47,760 nt of DNA from an uncultured bacterium (GTDB taxonomy: Bacteria > Hydrothermota > Hydrothermia > LBFQ01), in contig CAYRSH010000004.1 of assembly GCA_964426895.1 (NCBI GenBank), positions 1-47,760 on the forward strand, read 5' to 3'. Shown one piece after another: positions 14,544 through 24,100 of this stretch. The translations under genes and the position numbers were made by a program. The notes beneath the pieces were generated by a model, which saw nothing but the letters and a program-made list of their open reading frames with translations, ran no database searches and was not told the DNA's origin. Each line of letters opens with the position of its first letter. The stretch's first letter is position 1.

Positions 14544-15851
14544 ATTTAAAAGTATTAAAACCAACGAAAAGGTAAGGGTTAATAAAAGCACAAAGATTAC
14601 AAGGGATGAGAAACGGGTTAAGTTCAAGGTTTTAATTGACCAGTATGCTATGGCGGAACTCTGGGATAGGGAAACCGCCAATGCTATCCCCACAAATCCG
14701 AGGAGTTTTGCCAAAATGGGGGCAAATATGATATTTACAATCGTTGATATGGCCAACCCGGTGTTCGCCCATTTTCTCTTAAAAATCGCGAAAAGGTGGG
14801 ATAGAAATATTGAGGAATATATAAATGACGGAACGGTTGTTAAATAACCCACAACCGCCATATATGTGTTATGGGCATCCTCAACCGTAAATTTTCCCCT
14901 AACAAACAAAACCCTTATTATGAGTTCCCCAAATAGCCCCAAAATTAAAACAAACATTATCGCCAAAACGGAGGCAACTACAAGGGATTTTTTAAGGTTT
15001 TGTAATGATAATCCTTCGTTTTCCGATGTTTCCTTTGATAAAACCGTCCCAAAGGATACCCCCACCAGCCCTTGGGGTAGTTGAACCAACCTAAAAGCAT
15101 AGTTTAGGTATGCCAGCGAACCCGTGGGTAGGAAGGATGCTATAAATGTATTCACAAATGTTGCCAATTGTAAAAATCCGCTGTTTAAACCCAAGGATAG
15201 CCAGTTTTTTAAAAAATCCGAAATGGCGGGATGTTTAAAATCGGGTTTTTGATACTTTTCCCCTACAAAAAACAATAAAAACAGGGATTGTAAAAAACAA
15301 CCGAACAAAAACGAAACCGCCCCGAGTATGGGATAGTCCTTTGCAAATACGAGCATGATTATCATCCCCAGATTGAAGAATACCGGTGAAATGGCCGATA
15401 AGAAAAACCTACCCTTTGAATTTAAAATCCCCATTTCTATGGATGCGGCGCTTATGAAGAATAAAGAGGGAAATGTTATAACCATTGCCCATAATGTAAA
15501 TGAAAACTTTTCCGGGTCCTTAACGAATCCGGGAACCATGATTTTTAATATGTAAGGGGAAAGTAAAACACCCAACAAAACCGCAATTGCTGTTGCGGTT
15601 AAAACTATAAATATTAAAGCCCATAAAAGCCCTCTGTCTTTCCACCTTGTAAAAATCGGTATAAAGGCATTTTGCGAGATCCCCTCGGCGAGGATTCCCC
15701 TCAACATCGTGGGTATCCTTATCGCCACAACAACAGCATCGGCGTAGTATGTTGAACCGAGGGCATAGGCAAAAACCATTTCCCGGAAAAAACCCAAGAT
15801 TCTACTTATTAATGTTCCCAAGGAAAAGGACAAAACCGATTTTAACTTCAT
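14532..15851 (-). CDS. murJ: Lipid II flippase MurJ
   Basis: LGTLISRILGFFREMVFAYALGS..ADA...A.RIP..LR.ILAEG. It is polytopic. The start is set at ATG 15851, which forms an ATGA overlap with the upstream stop; the track ORF runs to 15905. Confidence 0.85.
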   Translation of the reverse strand: MKLKSVLSFSLGTLISRILGFFREMVFAYALGSTYYADAVVVAIRIPTMLRGILAEGISQNAFIPIFTRWKDRGLLWALIFIVLTATAIAVLLGVLLSPYILKIMVPGFVKDPEKFSFTLWAMVITFPSLFFISAASIEMGILNSKGRFFLSAISPVFFNLGMIIMLVFAKDYPILGAVSFLFGCFLQSLFLLFFVGEKYQKPDFKHPAISDFLKNWLSLGLNSGFLQLATFVNTFIASFLPTGSLAYLNYAFRLVQLPQGLVGVSFGTVLSKETSENEGLSLQNLKKSLVVASVLAIMFVLILGLFGELIIRVLFVRGKFTVEDAHNTYMAVVGYLTTVPSFIYSSIFLSHLFAIFKRKWANTGLAISTIVNIIFAPILAKLLGFVGIALAVSLSQSSAIAYWSIKTLNLTRFSSLVIFVLLLTLTFSLVLILLNLPV

Positions 15852-16492
15852 ACCAATGAGTGCAAAAGTAGATAAATAAACGATGAAATTGGATAAAGGA
15901 ACCACCCTATTATATCAATTGGGGTTAGTATGGAAACAAAGATGATGCCGAGTAATACATAGGAAAGTTTTACTTCAAGGGAATAATCGCCGTAAAACCT
16001 CGGATACAAACCTTGGAGGATTCTCCAACCGTCTAATGGTGGAAGGGGTATAAGGTTAAAAACCGCCAAATATATGTTTATCCACACAAATGTATCGATT
16101 CCTACGGGGTTTATAAACTTTGAAACTATAACACCTATGAAGGCCAAAATTATGTTGGAAAGGGGGCCCGCAAATGCCACTATGGATGTGTGCAATGAGG
16201 GGTTTTTAAAGTTGTAGGGATTAACGGGTACGGGCCTTGCCCAACCAAACCCCACGAGGATAACCATTAAAAGGCCTATCCAATCCAAATGCACCAAAGG
16301 GTTTAACGATAATCTACCCTCATACTTTGCGGTTGGGTCCCCCAGTTTATAAGCACTCCAAGCATGGGCAAACTCGTGAAATGTTAAGGATAGTATCAAA
16401 AACGGACTGATTAGTATCCTTACGATTAGAGTTTCCATAACGCTTTGTATATTCTCTGCTCGACAATACCCAAAAGGGAATATATTAACCAA
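15848..16492 (-). CDS. Site-2 protease family (M50) zinc metalloprotease
   Basis: HEFAHAW zinc motif, LSLNPLVHLD, membrane helices, and NLIPLPPLDG. Confidence 0.85.
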   Translation of the reverse strand: MVNIFPFGYCRAENIQSVMETLIVRILISPFLILSLTFHEFAHAWSAYKLGDPTAKYEGRLSLNPLVHLDWIGLLMVILVGFGWARPVPVNPYNFKNPSLHTSIVAFAGPLSNIILAFIGVIVSKFINPVGIDTFVWINIYLAVFNLIPLPPLDGWRILQGLYPRFYGDYSLEVKLSYVLLGIIFVSILTPIDIIGWFLYPISSFIYLLLHSLV

Positions 16493-17808
16493 TATAGGAC
16501 TATACCCGCGGGAAAATTTAGGAAAATAAACACAAATACGGCGGACATGATCATTGATGTCCTTTTCGCCTGCGGGTCCAAACCCGGTTGAAGGTATGCG
16601 TTCAATAAACTTATACCTCCCATAACTATTGGGAGAACATAATACGGGTCCTTATGGCTTAAATCCTTTATCCATAATAGAAATTCCGCCCCCTTTAACT
16701 CTATTGCGTTTTGTAAAACTTGGTATAACGCCCAAAATATGGGGAGTTGCAAGAGTAAGGGTAAACACCCGCTCAAAGGGTTAAAACCGGCTTCCCTGTA
16801 AAGTTTCATCGTTTCCCATTGCAACCTTTCCGGGTCATCCTTATAGAGTTTTTGTATTTTTTCAAGTTTTGGCTTTAACTTTTGCATTTTCTGGGAGGAC
16901 TTATATATATTTATTGATAGGGGTGATGTTAGGATTTTTATAAGTATTGCCAAAAGGATTATGGCAAGTCCGTAATTTTTTGTTAAATTTTCAAACCATA
17001 TTAAGGCCCAATATATGGGCCATGCGATAAATGTGGACCACCCACCCCCGAGGTCAAAAGCCGCCAGCATATTGGGTTCTCCGGAGAGTAAATTCCTCTC
17101 CGCGGGTCCAAAAAAGATGTAAAACTCTTTATCCACTTTCGGATATAACCTTATGGTTATCCTATCGCCATCTTTAAATGATGATGCAAAGCCCTTAAAA
17201 TCCCATACCGATACCAAATAATACCTTGACCTCAAACCCATCCATTTTACCGTATCCGTATAAAAGTCCATATTTGCATTCTTATAATCGTATTTTTTGG
17301 TTTTTCCGTTCAAATATTGTATAAAGAGTTGTTTCCTTTCACCACTATAACCATTGTATTCCGTTATAGGTGTGGTTATTTCAAAGGGTGTTTCGCCTTT
17401 TAAAACCACTTTTAGCCTAAAATTACCGAGGTGTGTTATCTCAAATCTATCAGTTATAATCCCGTTCTTAATAACTTTAACCCTTTGCGAATCAACGCGT
17501 AGGGGTTTAACTATGTATCCGGAGGGCTGAGTCTTGTGTTTTTTATCGTTTAATCCGAAAATCGCCCCCGTGTTTAAATCTATTAAGTATTCGTATCCGT
17601 TAAACTTTAAATGCGCTATTTTAGGGGCGGATTTTATGACCGGTTTTGTTTCTTTAACATCGGGTTTTGGTTTTTTTTCAACCTTCTCGGTTTTTTCGCT
17701 TTCCTTTAAAAGGGCCTCCCTCTTAGGCCTCAAAACAAAGTAATCCCATACAAAGAAAAAAACAAACACAAAAACGAAGTATAGTATTAGCCTTGTTCCC
17801 CTATCCAT
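16426..17808 (-). CDS. yidC: Membrane protein insertase YidC
   Basis: N-terminal TM helix and periplasmic domain, then ILLAILIKILTSPL, KMQKLKPKLEKIQKLYKDDPERLQ.ETMKLYRE.GFNPLSGCLPLLLQLPIF. Confidence 0.9.
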   Translation of the reverse strand: MDRGTRLILYFVFVFVFFFVWDYFVLRPKREALLKESEKTEKVEKKPKPDVKETKPVIKSAPKIAHLKFNGYEYLIDLNTGAIFGLNDKKHKTQPSGYIVKPLRVDSQRVKVIKNGIITDRFEITHLGNFRLKVVLKGETPFEITTPITEYNGYSGERKQLFIQYLNGKTKKYDYKNANMDFYTDTVKWMGLRSRYYLVSVWDFKGFASSFKDGDRITIRLYPKVDKEFYIFFGPAERNLLSGEPNMLAAFDLGGGWSTFIAWPIYWALIWFENLTKNYGLAIILLAILIKILTSPLSINIYKSSQKMQKLKPKLEKIQKLYKDDPERLQWETMKLYREAGFNPLSGCLPLLLQLPIFWALYQVLQNAIELKGAEFLLWIKDLSHKDPYYVLPIVMGGISLLNAYLQPGLDPQAKRTSMIMSAVFVFIFLNFPAGIVLYWLIYSLLGIVEQRIYKALWKL

Positions 17809-17810
17809 CT

Positions 17811-18938
17811 TTACCTATCTACATCTCCAAATACGGGGTCAAGGGAACCCAAAATGGCTATTGTATCCGCAATGTAATGCCCCGGCAATATGTGTTGTAT
17901 GGCCATAAGGTTTGAAAAGGATGGGGAACGGAGTTTTACCCTCGCAGGTTGAGGCTTTCCATCGGAATAAATAAACGCTCCCAACTCACCCCTTGGACTT
18001 TCAACCTTTGCATATACCCAGGTATCCGGTGGGAGTTTTATACCAACCGGGGTTTTTACGGGCATACGGGAACTTATGGGGCCTTCCGGCAATCCATCTA
18101 TCACCTGTTCTATAATCTTTAAAGACTCAAACATTTCCAAGTACCTTACGGTTGCCCTCGCAAATGAATCCCCGCTTTCAAGGGTTATAACATTAAACTG
18201 AAAGTCGTTATAGGACGAATAACCGTCGGCTTTCCTTATGTCATAGGGAACGCCGCTCCCCCTTAAAGTGGGACCAGATGTCCCGAGTTTTAGGGCTAAA
18301 TCCTTTGGTAAAACGCCTACCCCTTGGGTTCTCGCCTTAAACACCGGATTTGTTAGAAATGGTTCGTAATCTTCAAAGGATTTCCTTAAATATTTTACGG
18401 TTTCCTTAACCTTTTTATCAAAACCCGCCGGAACATCGTACCTAACGCCACCTATGAATACAAAATTCGGGTGAAACCTGGAACCCGTAAGGATTTCTTT
18501 CAAATCCAAGAGTTTTTCCCTATCCCTAAAACAGAACATAGCCAAGTTTGTACCACCTCCAAAGGCACCACCCAAATCCAAACCGTATGTCCCTATTGCC
18601 ACGAGGTGCGATGTTATCCTTTCAATTTCCGCTAGCAAAACCCTCAAATATTGTGCCCTTTTTGGAACCTCTATGTTTGCACCTTTTTCCACAGCCAAAA
18701 CGAAGGGTAGGGTATTTAAAGAAGGTGCCAAGTAGTCGTTCCTTTCAAGTATTGGAACTATGTTGTCATAACCTCTATGCTCGCATAATTTTTCTACCCC
18801 CCTATGTAGATAGCCTATAACCGGTTCAACCTTTATTATTTTCTCACCTTCAAGGTGCAAAATTAACCTTAAAACCCCATGTGTTGAAGGGTGCTGAGGA
18901 CCCATGTTCAACACAACTTCTTCGGTTCTTAATTCCAT
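17811..18938 (-). CDS. nuoD: NADH-quinone oxidoreductase subunit D (49 kDa/Nqo4-like)
   Basis: LNMGPQHPSTHGVLRL, GYLHRGVEKL, ERITSHL, and a C-terminal DPVFGDVDR. The NiFe-ligand Cys are absent, so this is NuoD rather than a hydrogenase. Confidence 0.9.
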   Translation of the reverse strand: MELRTEEVVLNMGPQHPSTHGVLRLILHLEGEKIIKVEPVIGYLHRGVEKLCEHRGYDNIVPILERNDYLAPSLNTLPFVLAVEKGANIEVPKRAQYLRVLLAEIERITSHLVAIGTYGLDLGGAFGGGTNLAMFCFRDREKLLDLKEILTGSRFHPNFVFIGGVRYDVPAGFDKKVKETVKYLRKSFEDYEPFLTNPVFKARTQGVGVLPKDLALKLGTSGPTLRGSGVPYDIRKADGYSSYNDFQFNVITLESGDSFARATVRYLEMFESLKIIEQVIDGLPEGPISSRMPVKTPVGIKLPPDTWVYAKVESPRGELGAFIYSDGKPQPARVKLRSPSFSNLMAIQHILPGHYIADTIAILGSLDPVFGDVDR

Positions 18939-18946
18939 AAGCGGGT

Positions 18947-18952
18947 ATTATA
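18947..18952 (-). promoter_or_regulatory. -10 box TATAAT, 8 nt before ATG 18938 (nuoD)
   Basis: Minus strand reads CAAGGGTATAATACCCGCTTATGG, identical over 24 nt to 25902-25925. Confidence 0.55.
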
Positions 18953-18977
18953 CCCTTGTTTTACTTATTAAAGGGTT

Positions 18978-19134
18978 GTGCGGTGGGTGGTAAAGAGGTA
19001 AATGGTAGGTAAGTAAAATGAGTGGGAGGGGCTACCCACCCTTGAAAGGGCTCCACCGACCCGGGCAAGTGGGTAGTGGTGGGAAGGGGGTTCAAGGCCC
19101 CGGCTTGGCTCGGAGGTGGAGCAATGGGCCTTTT
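18978..19134. ncRNA. Candidate structured RNA of unknown class (GC-rich island)
   Basis: A GC-rich block lies in the only large intergenic gap. It has two interleaved 8-bp perfect helices, 19050-57/19115-22 and 19032-39/19069-76. There is a small GGGG/CCCC hairpin and a GGCCC/GGGCC stem followed by TTTT. Strand and ends are not determined. Confidence 0.4.
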
Positions 19135-19234
19135 GGTGTATCAAAAAACTTGCACTGCTGAACTTTTCCAAAAATTTTACCCCTCCACACAATGCCTAAC
19201 TTTACTAATTTATTAACTTACAACTCGGGTTCCT

Positions 19235-19267
19235 AATCTACCTTGTGGAATTTAAACAATCTACCTT
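19235..19267. repeat. Direct repeat AATCTACCTT x2 (19235-19244, 19258-19267)
   Basis: Two identical 10-mers spaced 23 nt apart in an AT-rich non-coding stretch. Confidence 0.5.
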
Positions 19268-19284
19268 CACAATTGAGCGTGGGC

Positions 19285-19290
19285 ATTATA
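19285..19290 (-). promoter_or_regulatory. Orphan promoter-like box (TATAAT + GCCCACGC) with no start codon behind it
   Basis: Minus strand reads CCCCTTATAATGCCCACGCTCAATTGTG. It has the same architecture as the gene promoters, but no ATG follows. Confidence 0.3.
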
Positions 19291-19303
19291 AGGGGTGTGT
19301 TTT

Positions 19304-20278
19304 TCAAGGTTTTGCATAAAACATTCCGGCAACCAACTTTGGATAAAAGTCCGTTGATTTTCTCGGCATCCTTTTGCCCTCATTCGCAACCCTTAAAACA
19401 TCCATTGGTTTTGTTGGGGAAAGGATAACGCTTAAAAATCTCTTTTCTTTACCCTCTTCTAAAACCCTTTTTAAATCCCTTTCGTATCCAACTATTAAAT
19501 CGTAATTGCCCTCAAAAATGTAAAAATCCGATATGTAAGCGGGAACATTCATAAGGGCATCATCTTTTCTCCTCGGTATAAACCCCAAGGGTTTGCCATT
19601 GTGGGGTAAAATGATTAATGGGATTAAACCCTCTCTAATCACACTTTCCAAAACCTCTTCCGAACTCAAAATAAGAATATCAATTTCTTTCCCCTCTAAA
19701 AACCTTTTTAATTCCGAGAGTTTAATCCTTATAAGCCTATGCGTTGGCAATATAAACAGGTTTGGGTCATTGACATCCATAAGCGCTATCAAAACATCCC
19801 CCTCTAAGGCTTCAAACCTGTGATGTCCATCCGCAATATAAATATCCTTTGGTATTTCCCCTTTGAAATCGGTTAAGAAAACCTCGGTTTTGACACCTTT
19901 ATACTCAAACTCCCCTATTTTTTCCCCTTCTCTTAGGGACGATACGACTTTTTCTTCATCTTTAAATATGCACATAACCGGGGCAAACTGGTATTCATAA
20001 TCTTTAAAAATCCCTTTATAAAACTCAACACCCTCGGGGAACACATCCTCGTGTGGATAAAATTTATATTCACCTTTGTTGAGAAATCCCACCAAAGCCT
20101 TCCTGATATGTTTTTCCCCGTAAATTTCAAATTCTTGCTTTATCAGTATAAAAACTTCACCCACAAAGATCAAGTCTTTTTTTAAAACCCTTTCGCTTTC
20201 TTCCTGTAAAACATTCCATAGGTTTTCATAGGGTATAGGGTCTGGATTTTTGGGAACGAAAACCTTTAAAGGTTTCAC
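19304..20278 (-). CDS. DUF1015 family protein
   Basis: The signature IADGHHRFEA sits in the expected central position. At 324 aa it is shorter than the roughly 400 aa I recall for this family. Confidence 0.7.
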   Translation of the reverse strand: MKPLKVFVPKNPDPIPYENLWNVLQEESERVLKKDLIFVGEVFILIKQEFEIYGEKHIRKALVGFLNKGEYKFYPHEDVFPEGVEFYKGIFKDYEYQFAPVMCIFKDEEKVVSSLREGEKIGEFEYKGVKTEVFLTDFKGEIPKDIYIADGHHRFEALEGDVLIALMDVNDPNLFILPTHRLIRIKLSELKRFLEGKEIDILILSSEEVLESVIREGLIPLIILPHNGKPLGFIPRRKDDALMNVPAYISDFYIFEGNYDLIVGYERDLKRVLEEGKEKRFLSVILSPTKPMDVLRVANEGKRMPRKSTDFYPKLVAGMFYAKP

Positions 20279-21138
20279 TTGAAGAACTCTATAATTATCC
20301 TTGCCGCCTCGGTTGATGCCCTGAGTTGTGCCTCTTTTGTTTGCGCACCTATGTGCGGGGTGAGTATGACATTATCCAATTCCAAAATCTCCTTTGGTGG
20401 TGGTTCGCTTTCAAACACATCAAGGGCGGCTATTACATCCCTCCTTTCCTTTAAAAACCTTACTAAATCATCGGTTGGTATTAACTCACCCCTTGCCGTA
20501 TTGACGATTACCGCCTGCTCTTTTAACCTCATAAGTAATGGGTAATTTATAATCCCACGGGTTTCATCCGTTAAAGGTAGGTGTAAGGACACTATGTCGG
20601 CGGTTTCAAAGAGTTCGCCGAATTCCAACCTTTTATAAACCCCCCTATCAACCACATCGTAATAAACTATTTCCGCACCGAAAGCCTCGCACCTTTTTGC
20701 AACCTCCAAACCTATGTTTCCAAGCCCTACAAGACCCACAACCTTCCCGTATATCTCCCTACCTTTAAGAGACTTTTTCTCCCATTTACCCGCCTTTGTT
20801 GATGAGTGGGCATAAGGTATCATCCGCAAGGCGGAAAGCATTAAACCTACGGTTAATTCCGCAACGGAAATTGAAGTTGCCCTTGGGGTATTTCTCACCT
20901 CTATACCCTTGGACTTGGCATATTCAACATCTATGTTATCAAGCCCAACACCCGCCCTAACTATTAGTTTAAGGTTTTTACACCTATCAATGAATTCCCT
21001 ATTAACCTTTGTTGCACTCCTCACAATTATGGCATCCGCATTCTCAAACCCCTCTCTTTCTAAAACCTCAAAACCCTCTTGCCTTAAAAGTTCAACCCCC
21101 GAATCGTCAATATCATCCATTATGGCAACGGAGGGCAT
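20275..21138 (-). CDS. D-isomer-specific 2-hydroxyacid dehydrogenase, phosphoglycerate dehydrogenase-like (short SerA type)
   Basis: NAD site GLVGLGNIGLEVAKR, then IVNTARGELI, AALDVFE.EP, TPHIGAQTKEAQ. Confidence 0.8.
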   Translation of the reverse strand: MPSVAIMDDIDDSGVELLRQEGFEVLEREGFENADAIIVRSATKVNREFIDRCKNLKLIVRAGVGLDNIDVEYAKSKGIEVRNTPRATSISVAELTVGLMLSALRMIPYAHSSTKAGKWEKKSLKGREIYGKVVGLVGLGNIGLEVAKRCEAFGAEIVYYDVVDRGVYKRLEFGELFETADIVSLHLPLTDETRGIINYPLLMRLKEQAVIVNTARGELIPTDDLVRFLKERRDVIAALDVFESEPPPKEILELDNVILTPHIGAQTKEAQLRASTEAARIIIEFFK

Positions 21139-21144
21139 ACAGGG

Positions 21145-21150
21145 ATTTTA
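21145..21150 (-). promoter_or_regulatory. -10 box TAAAAT, 6 nt before ATG 21138
   Basis: Minus strand reads CCTTAAAATCCCTGTATG. Confidence 0.4.
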
Positions 21151-21185
21151 AGGTTGTTGTTTGTTTCCCTTGGATTGTATTTATG

Positions 21186-24100
21186 CTACCTCCCCTTTAT
21201 CTTCCTTTCCGGTGTTAAGAATGTGTATATTACGGGTACAACGAAAAGGGTTGTTATTAAAGAGAAGTTTAACCCGCCAAATATAGCAACACCCAAGCCC
21301 GACCAAAATTCCGAACCCTGCTGTTTTATAACCGCCAAGGGTAAAACCGCAAGTGATGTCGTTAAAGTAGTCATAAGTATAGGCCTCAACCTCCTCGTGG
21401 CGGATTCTATTATCGCTTCAAACTTGTTTTTACCCCTCCTTATGAGTATGTTTGCGTAATCAACCATTACAACGGCGTTATTAACCACCACACCGGTTAA
21501 GGCTATAAGCCCTATGAACCCCGTAATTGAAAGGGGTTGCCTAAAAATCAGAAAGCCGAGGGAAGCGCCCGCCAAACCAAAGGGAATACTCGTTATAAAT
21601 ATTATTACCCCCTGCCTGAAACTATCAAACTGGGCGGATAAGGTTAAATATATGAGTATCAAACCGATTATTAGTAGAACCCCCAATTGGGAAAAACTTT
21701 CCGCCTGCCTCTGTATTGCCCCTCCAAACTCGTAAGAGTATCCCCTCGGAAGGTTAAAGTTTCTCAAAAACTTGCTTATATCCGCTGTTATTTCACCCAA
21801 AGGCCTGCCCACAACCTCACCCGATACCTCAATATACCTTTTCCCATTCCACCTGTCTATTCTAATAGGTGAAGCCCCTTCATTAACCTTTACGAAGTTC
21901 AACAATGGAACCAAACCAACAGGTGTGTTTATACTTAGGGATAGTACCTTATCAAGGTTTTCCTTATCCTTTTCTTTCAAGGTTATCCAAACTTCAATGT
22001 TTTTCCCTCCGGATTTAAGGGTGAAGAGGTTTTGACCGGTTAAGACATACCTTAAAAACCCCGCAACTTGTGTTGGTGTAAGACCATAGGAGTAAGCCTT
22101 ATCCCTGTCAATACTTAAAACGAATTCCGGTCTTGGATTTCCAAAGGATGTTTGAACATTCTTTAAACCCTTTACGGTTTTCATATAATCCGCCAAAATG
22201 TTTGCCAAACTATCCAAAACCTTAATATCATCACCATAAATCCTAACAACCGCACCCCTTGAACCTCCAAAAAGAATTTGAGAGCCTTGACTGGTTGCGG
22301 ATACCTCATACCTTTCAACGCCGGGTATTTCCTTTACGAGTTTTTCAATCTCATCCGCAACTTCAAAGGTGCTTTTCTTTATGTCATCCTTTAACCTGAC
22401 CACAAAGAATGCGGTATAAGGCGCTTCTACATTTCCAAAGGCTGCCCCAAATCCCGATTCCGTAGGACCTACCCTGAACACCGCTTCCCTAACCTCGGGC
22501 ATTTTATAAACCTTTTCGGCCAGCGGTAAAACCATCTCGTAGGTTTTATCAAGGGATGTACCCCTTGACAATTCCAAGGTTCCCCTTATCTGTTTTTCAT
22601 CCGCCTGTGGGAAGAAATCCGTGGGTACAAACCTCCAAAGGGATGCGGCTATTAAAAGTATTAAAACAAACACACCCAAAAATACGAACCTCCTTTTAAC
22701 GACAAACTTAACCAATTGATTGTATGCCCTCTCCACGGGTTTAAACCATGCGGGCTCCTCTTTTGGTTTTAACCTTATTTGGTTTGCCGCCAAGGAGGGG
22801 ATAATCGTTAAGGCCAAAAACAAACTCGTAAGATACACTATAACGGATATTGTCGCCAACTCTTTGAAAATCACGCCTATAAATCCCGGTATAAAAAACA
22901 GGGGTAGCAAAACTATGAAGTTTGTGATTACGGAAGCGGTGATTGCGCCTTGCACCTCCAAAGTCGCAAACTCGGAAGCCTCCCTTGGGGGCTCCCCCCT
23001 TAATCTGTGGAAGAAAATGTTTTCTATTACAACTATTGAAGCATCAACCACGGAACCTATGGCCAATGCCAATGCGGATAGGGATATTATGTTTATTGAA
23101 CTCCCGCTCAGAAAGAGGTATAAAAACGCAATGATTAAGGAAGAGGGTATTGTTAAGGCGATAAGGATACTTGAACGAATATCCAATAGGAATACAAAGG
23201 ATACGAAAATAACTATTATACCCGCCATGAACAGCGTATCCCTTAAGTTCGCAATTGCATTCCTTATAAAACTTGAACCGTCGTTTTGTATAAAGAACTT
23301 TACGGGGTATTTCCTCTCAATTTCCTCCAACTTCTTTTTAACATTATCCGCAACTTTCACAACATTCGCATCCGCTTGCTTTTGGACGGCAAACAAAACC
23401 GCATCTTTACCCTTATGGTTTATGTAATTAACCCTCTTGGCGTATCCATCAACAACATCGGCAACCTCATAAAGTTTAATAGGCCTTCCGTTTATAAATC
23501 CCACAACCGTTTCCTTTAAATCTTCCACAGACCTTATACTTGAAGGGATTTTTAGTATCATCTCCTTATCCGAATACTTAACCTCACCCGCCGGGATTTC
23601 TATGCCTTGGGATTTTAGTAGGTTTGCCATACCGTCAAAGGTTAAACCGTAATTCTCCAACTTATCCCTATGCACATATATGTTTATCTGTCTTTTCTTC
23701 CCCCCTCCCCATATCTGAACCAAACCCACACCTTTAACCCTCTGTAACTCATCTTTAAGGTAATCCTCCGCCCATTCCCTTATGGGGAAATCCTCCTCGG
23801 TTGAATTTACGGTTGCTATTATTATGGGGAATTGTTGTATATCAAACTTTAAAATCAATGGATCGCTTGCATCCTCTGGAAGCAGAGATGAGGCAAAACT
23901 CAATCTGTCCTTAACATCCAAAGCAGCCTTATCAATATCCGTCCCGTATTTAAATGTTATCGTAACAACGCCTACCCCGTTTTGACTGGTTGAATTTATG
24001 CGATCAATATCTTCAAGGATGGAGAGGTTTTCCTCTAAAACATCTACCACATTCTTTTCAACATCTTCTGGGGATGCTCCGGGATACTGTACCACAACCG

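Noticed and set aside
19040-19135. Possible tmRNA or tRNA-like element, suggested by GCTCCACC (resembling a tmRNA 3' end) and a GGGG-TTCAAGG-CCCC T-arm-like hairpin.
   Set aside because: There is no acceptor stem partner, no CCA-adjacent geometry and no tag reading frame. The T-loop is off-consensus. RNase P (no GGAAAGTCC / ACAGAA blocks) and SRP helix-8 motifs were also not found.
18968-19192. A 74-aa minus-strand ORF and a 47-aa plus-strand ORF (19018-19161, MSGRGYPPLKGLHRPGQVGSGGKG...) across the GC-rich island.
   Set aside because: Composition (Gly/Pro/Arg-rich, GC-rich codons) is unlike all real genes here. Neither has the promoter-start architecture or an SD. The GC richness is better explained by RNA structure.
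21154-21459. A 101-aa + strand ORF spanning the serA/RND intergenic region.
   Set aside because: Most of it is antisense to the 3' end of the RND permease gene. It has no promoter-like box and a hydrophobic low-complexity translation.
22720-23427. A 235-aa ORF on the + strand, plus similar long antisense ORFs at 8023-8376, 24342-24698, 26395-26826, 32006-32500, 44594-45115 and 45260-45685.
   Set aside because: Each lies entirely antisense to a confidently identified gene (RND pump, purH, MFP, M32, rplY, FIST). They have low-complexity S/T/P/L-rich translations and no promoter-like box or SD. These are typical shadow ORFs.
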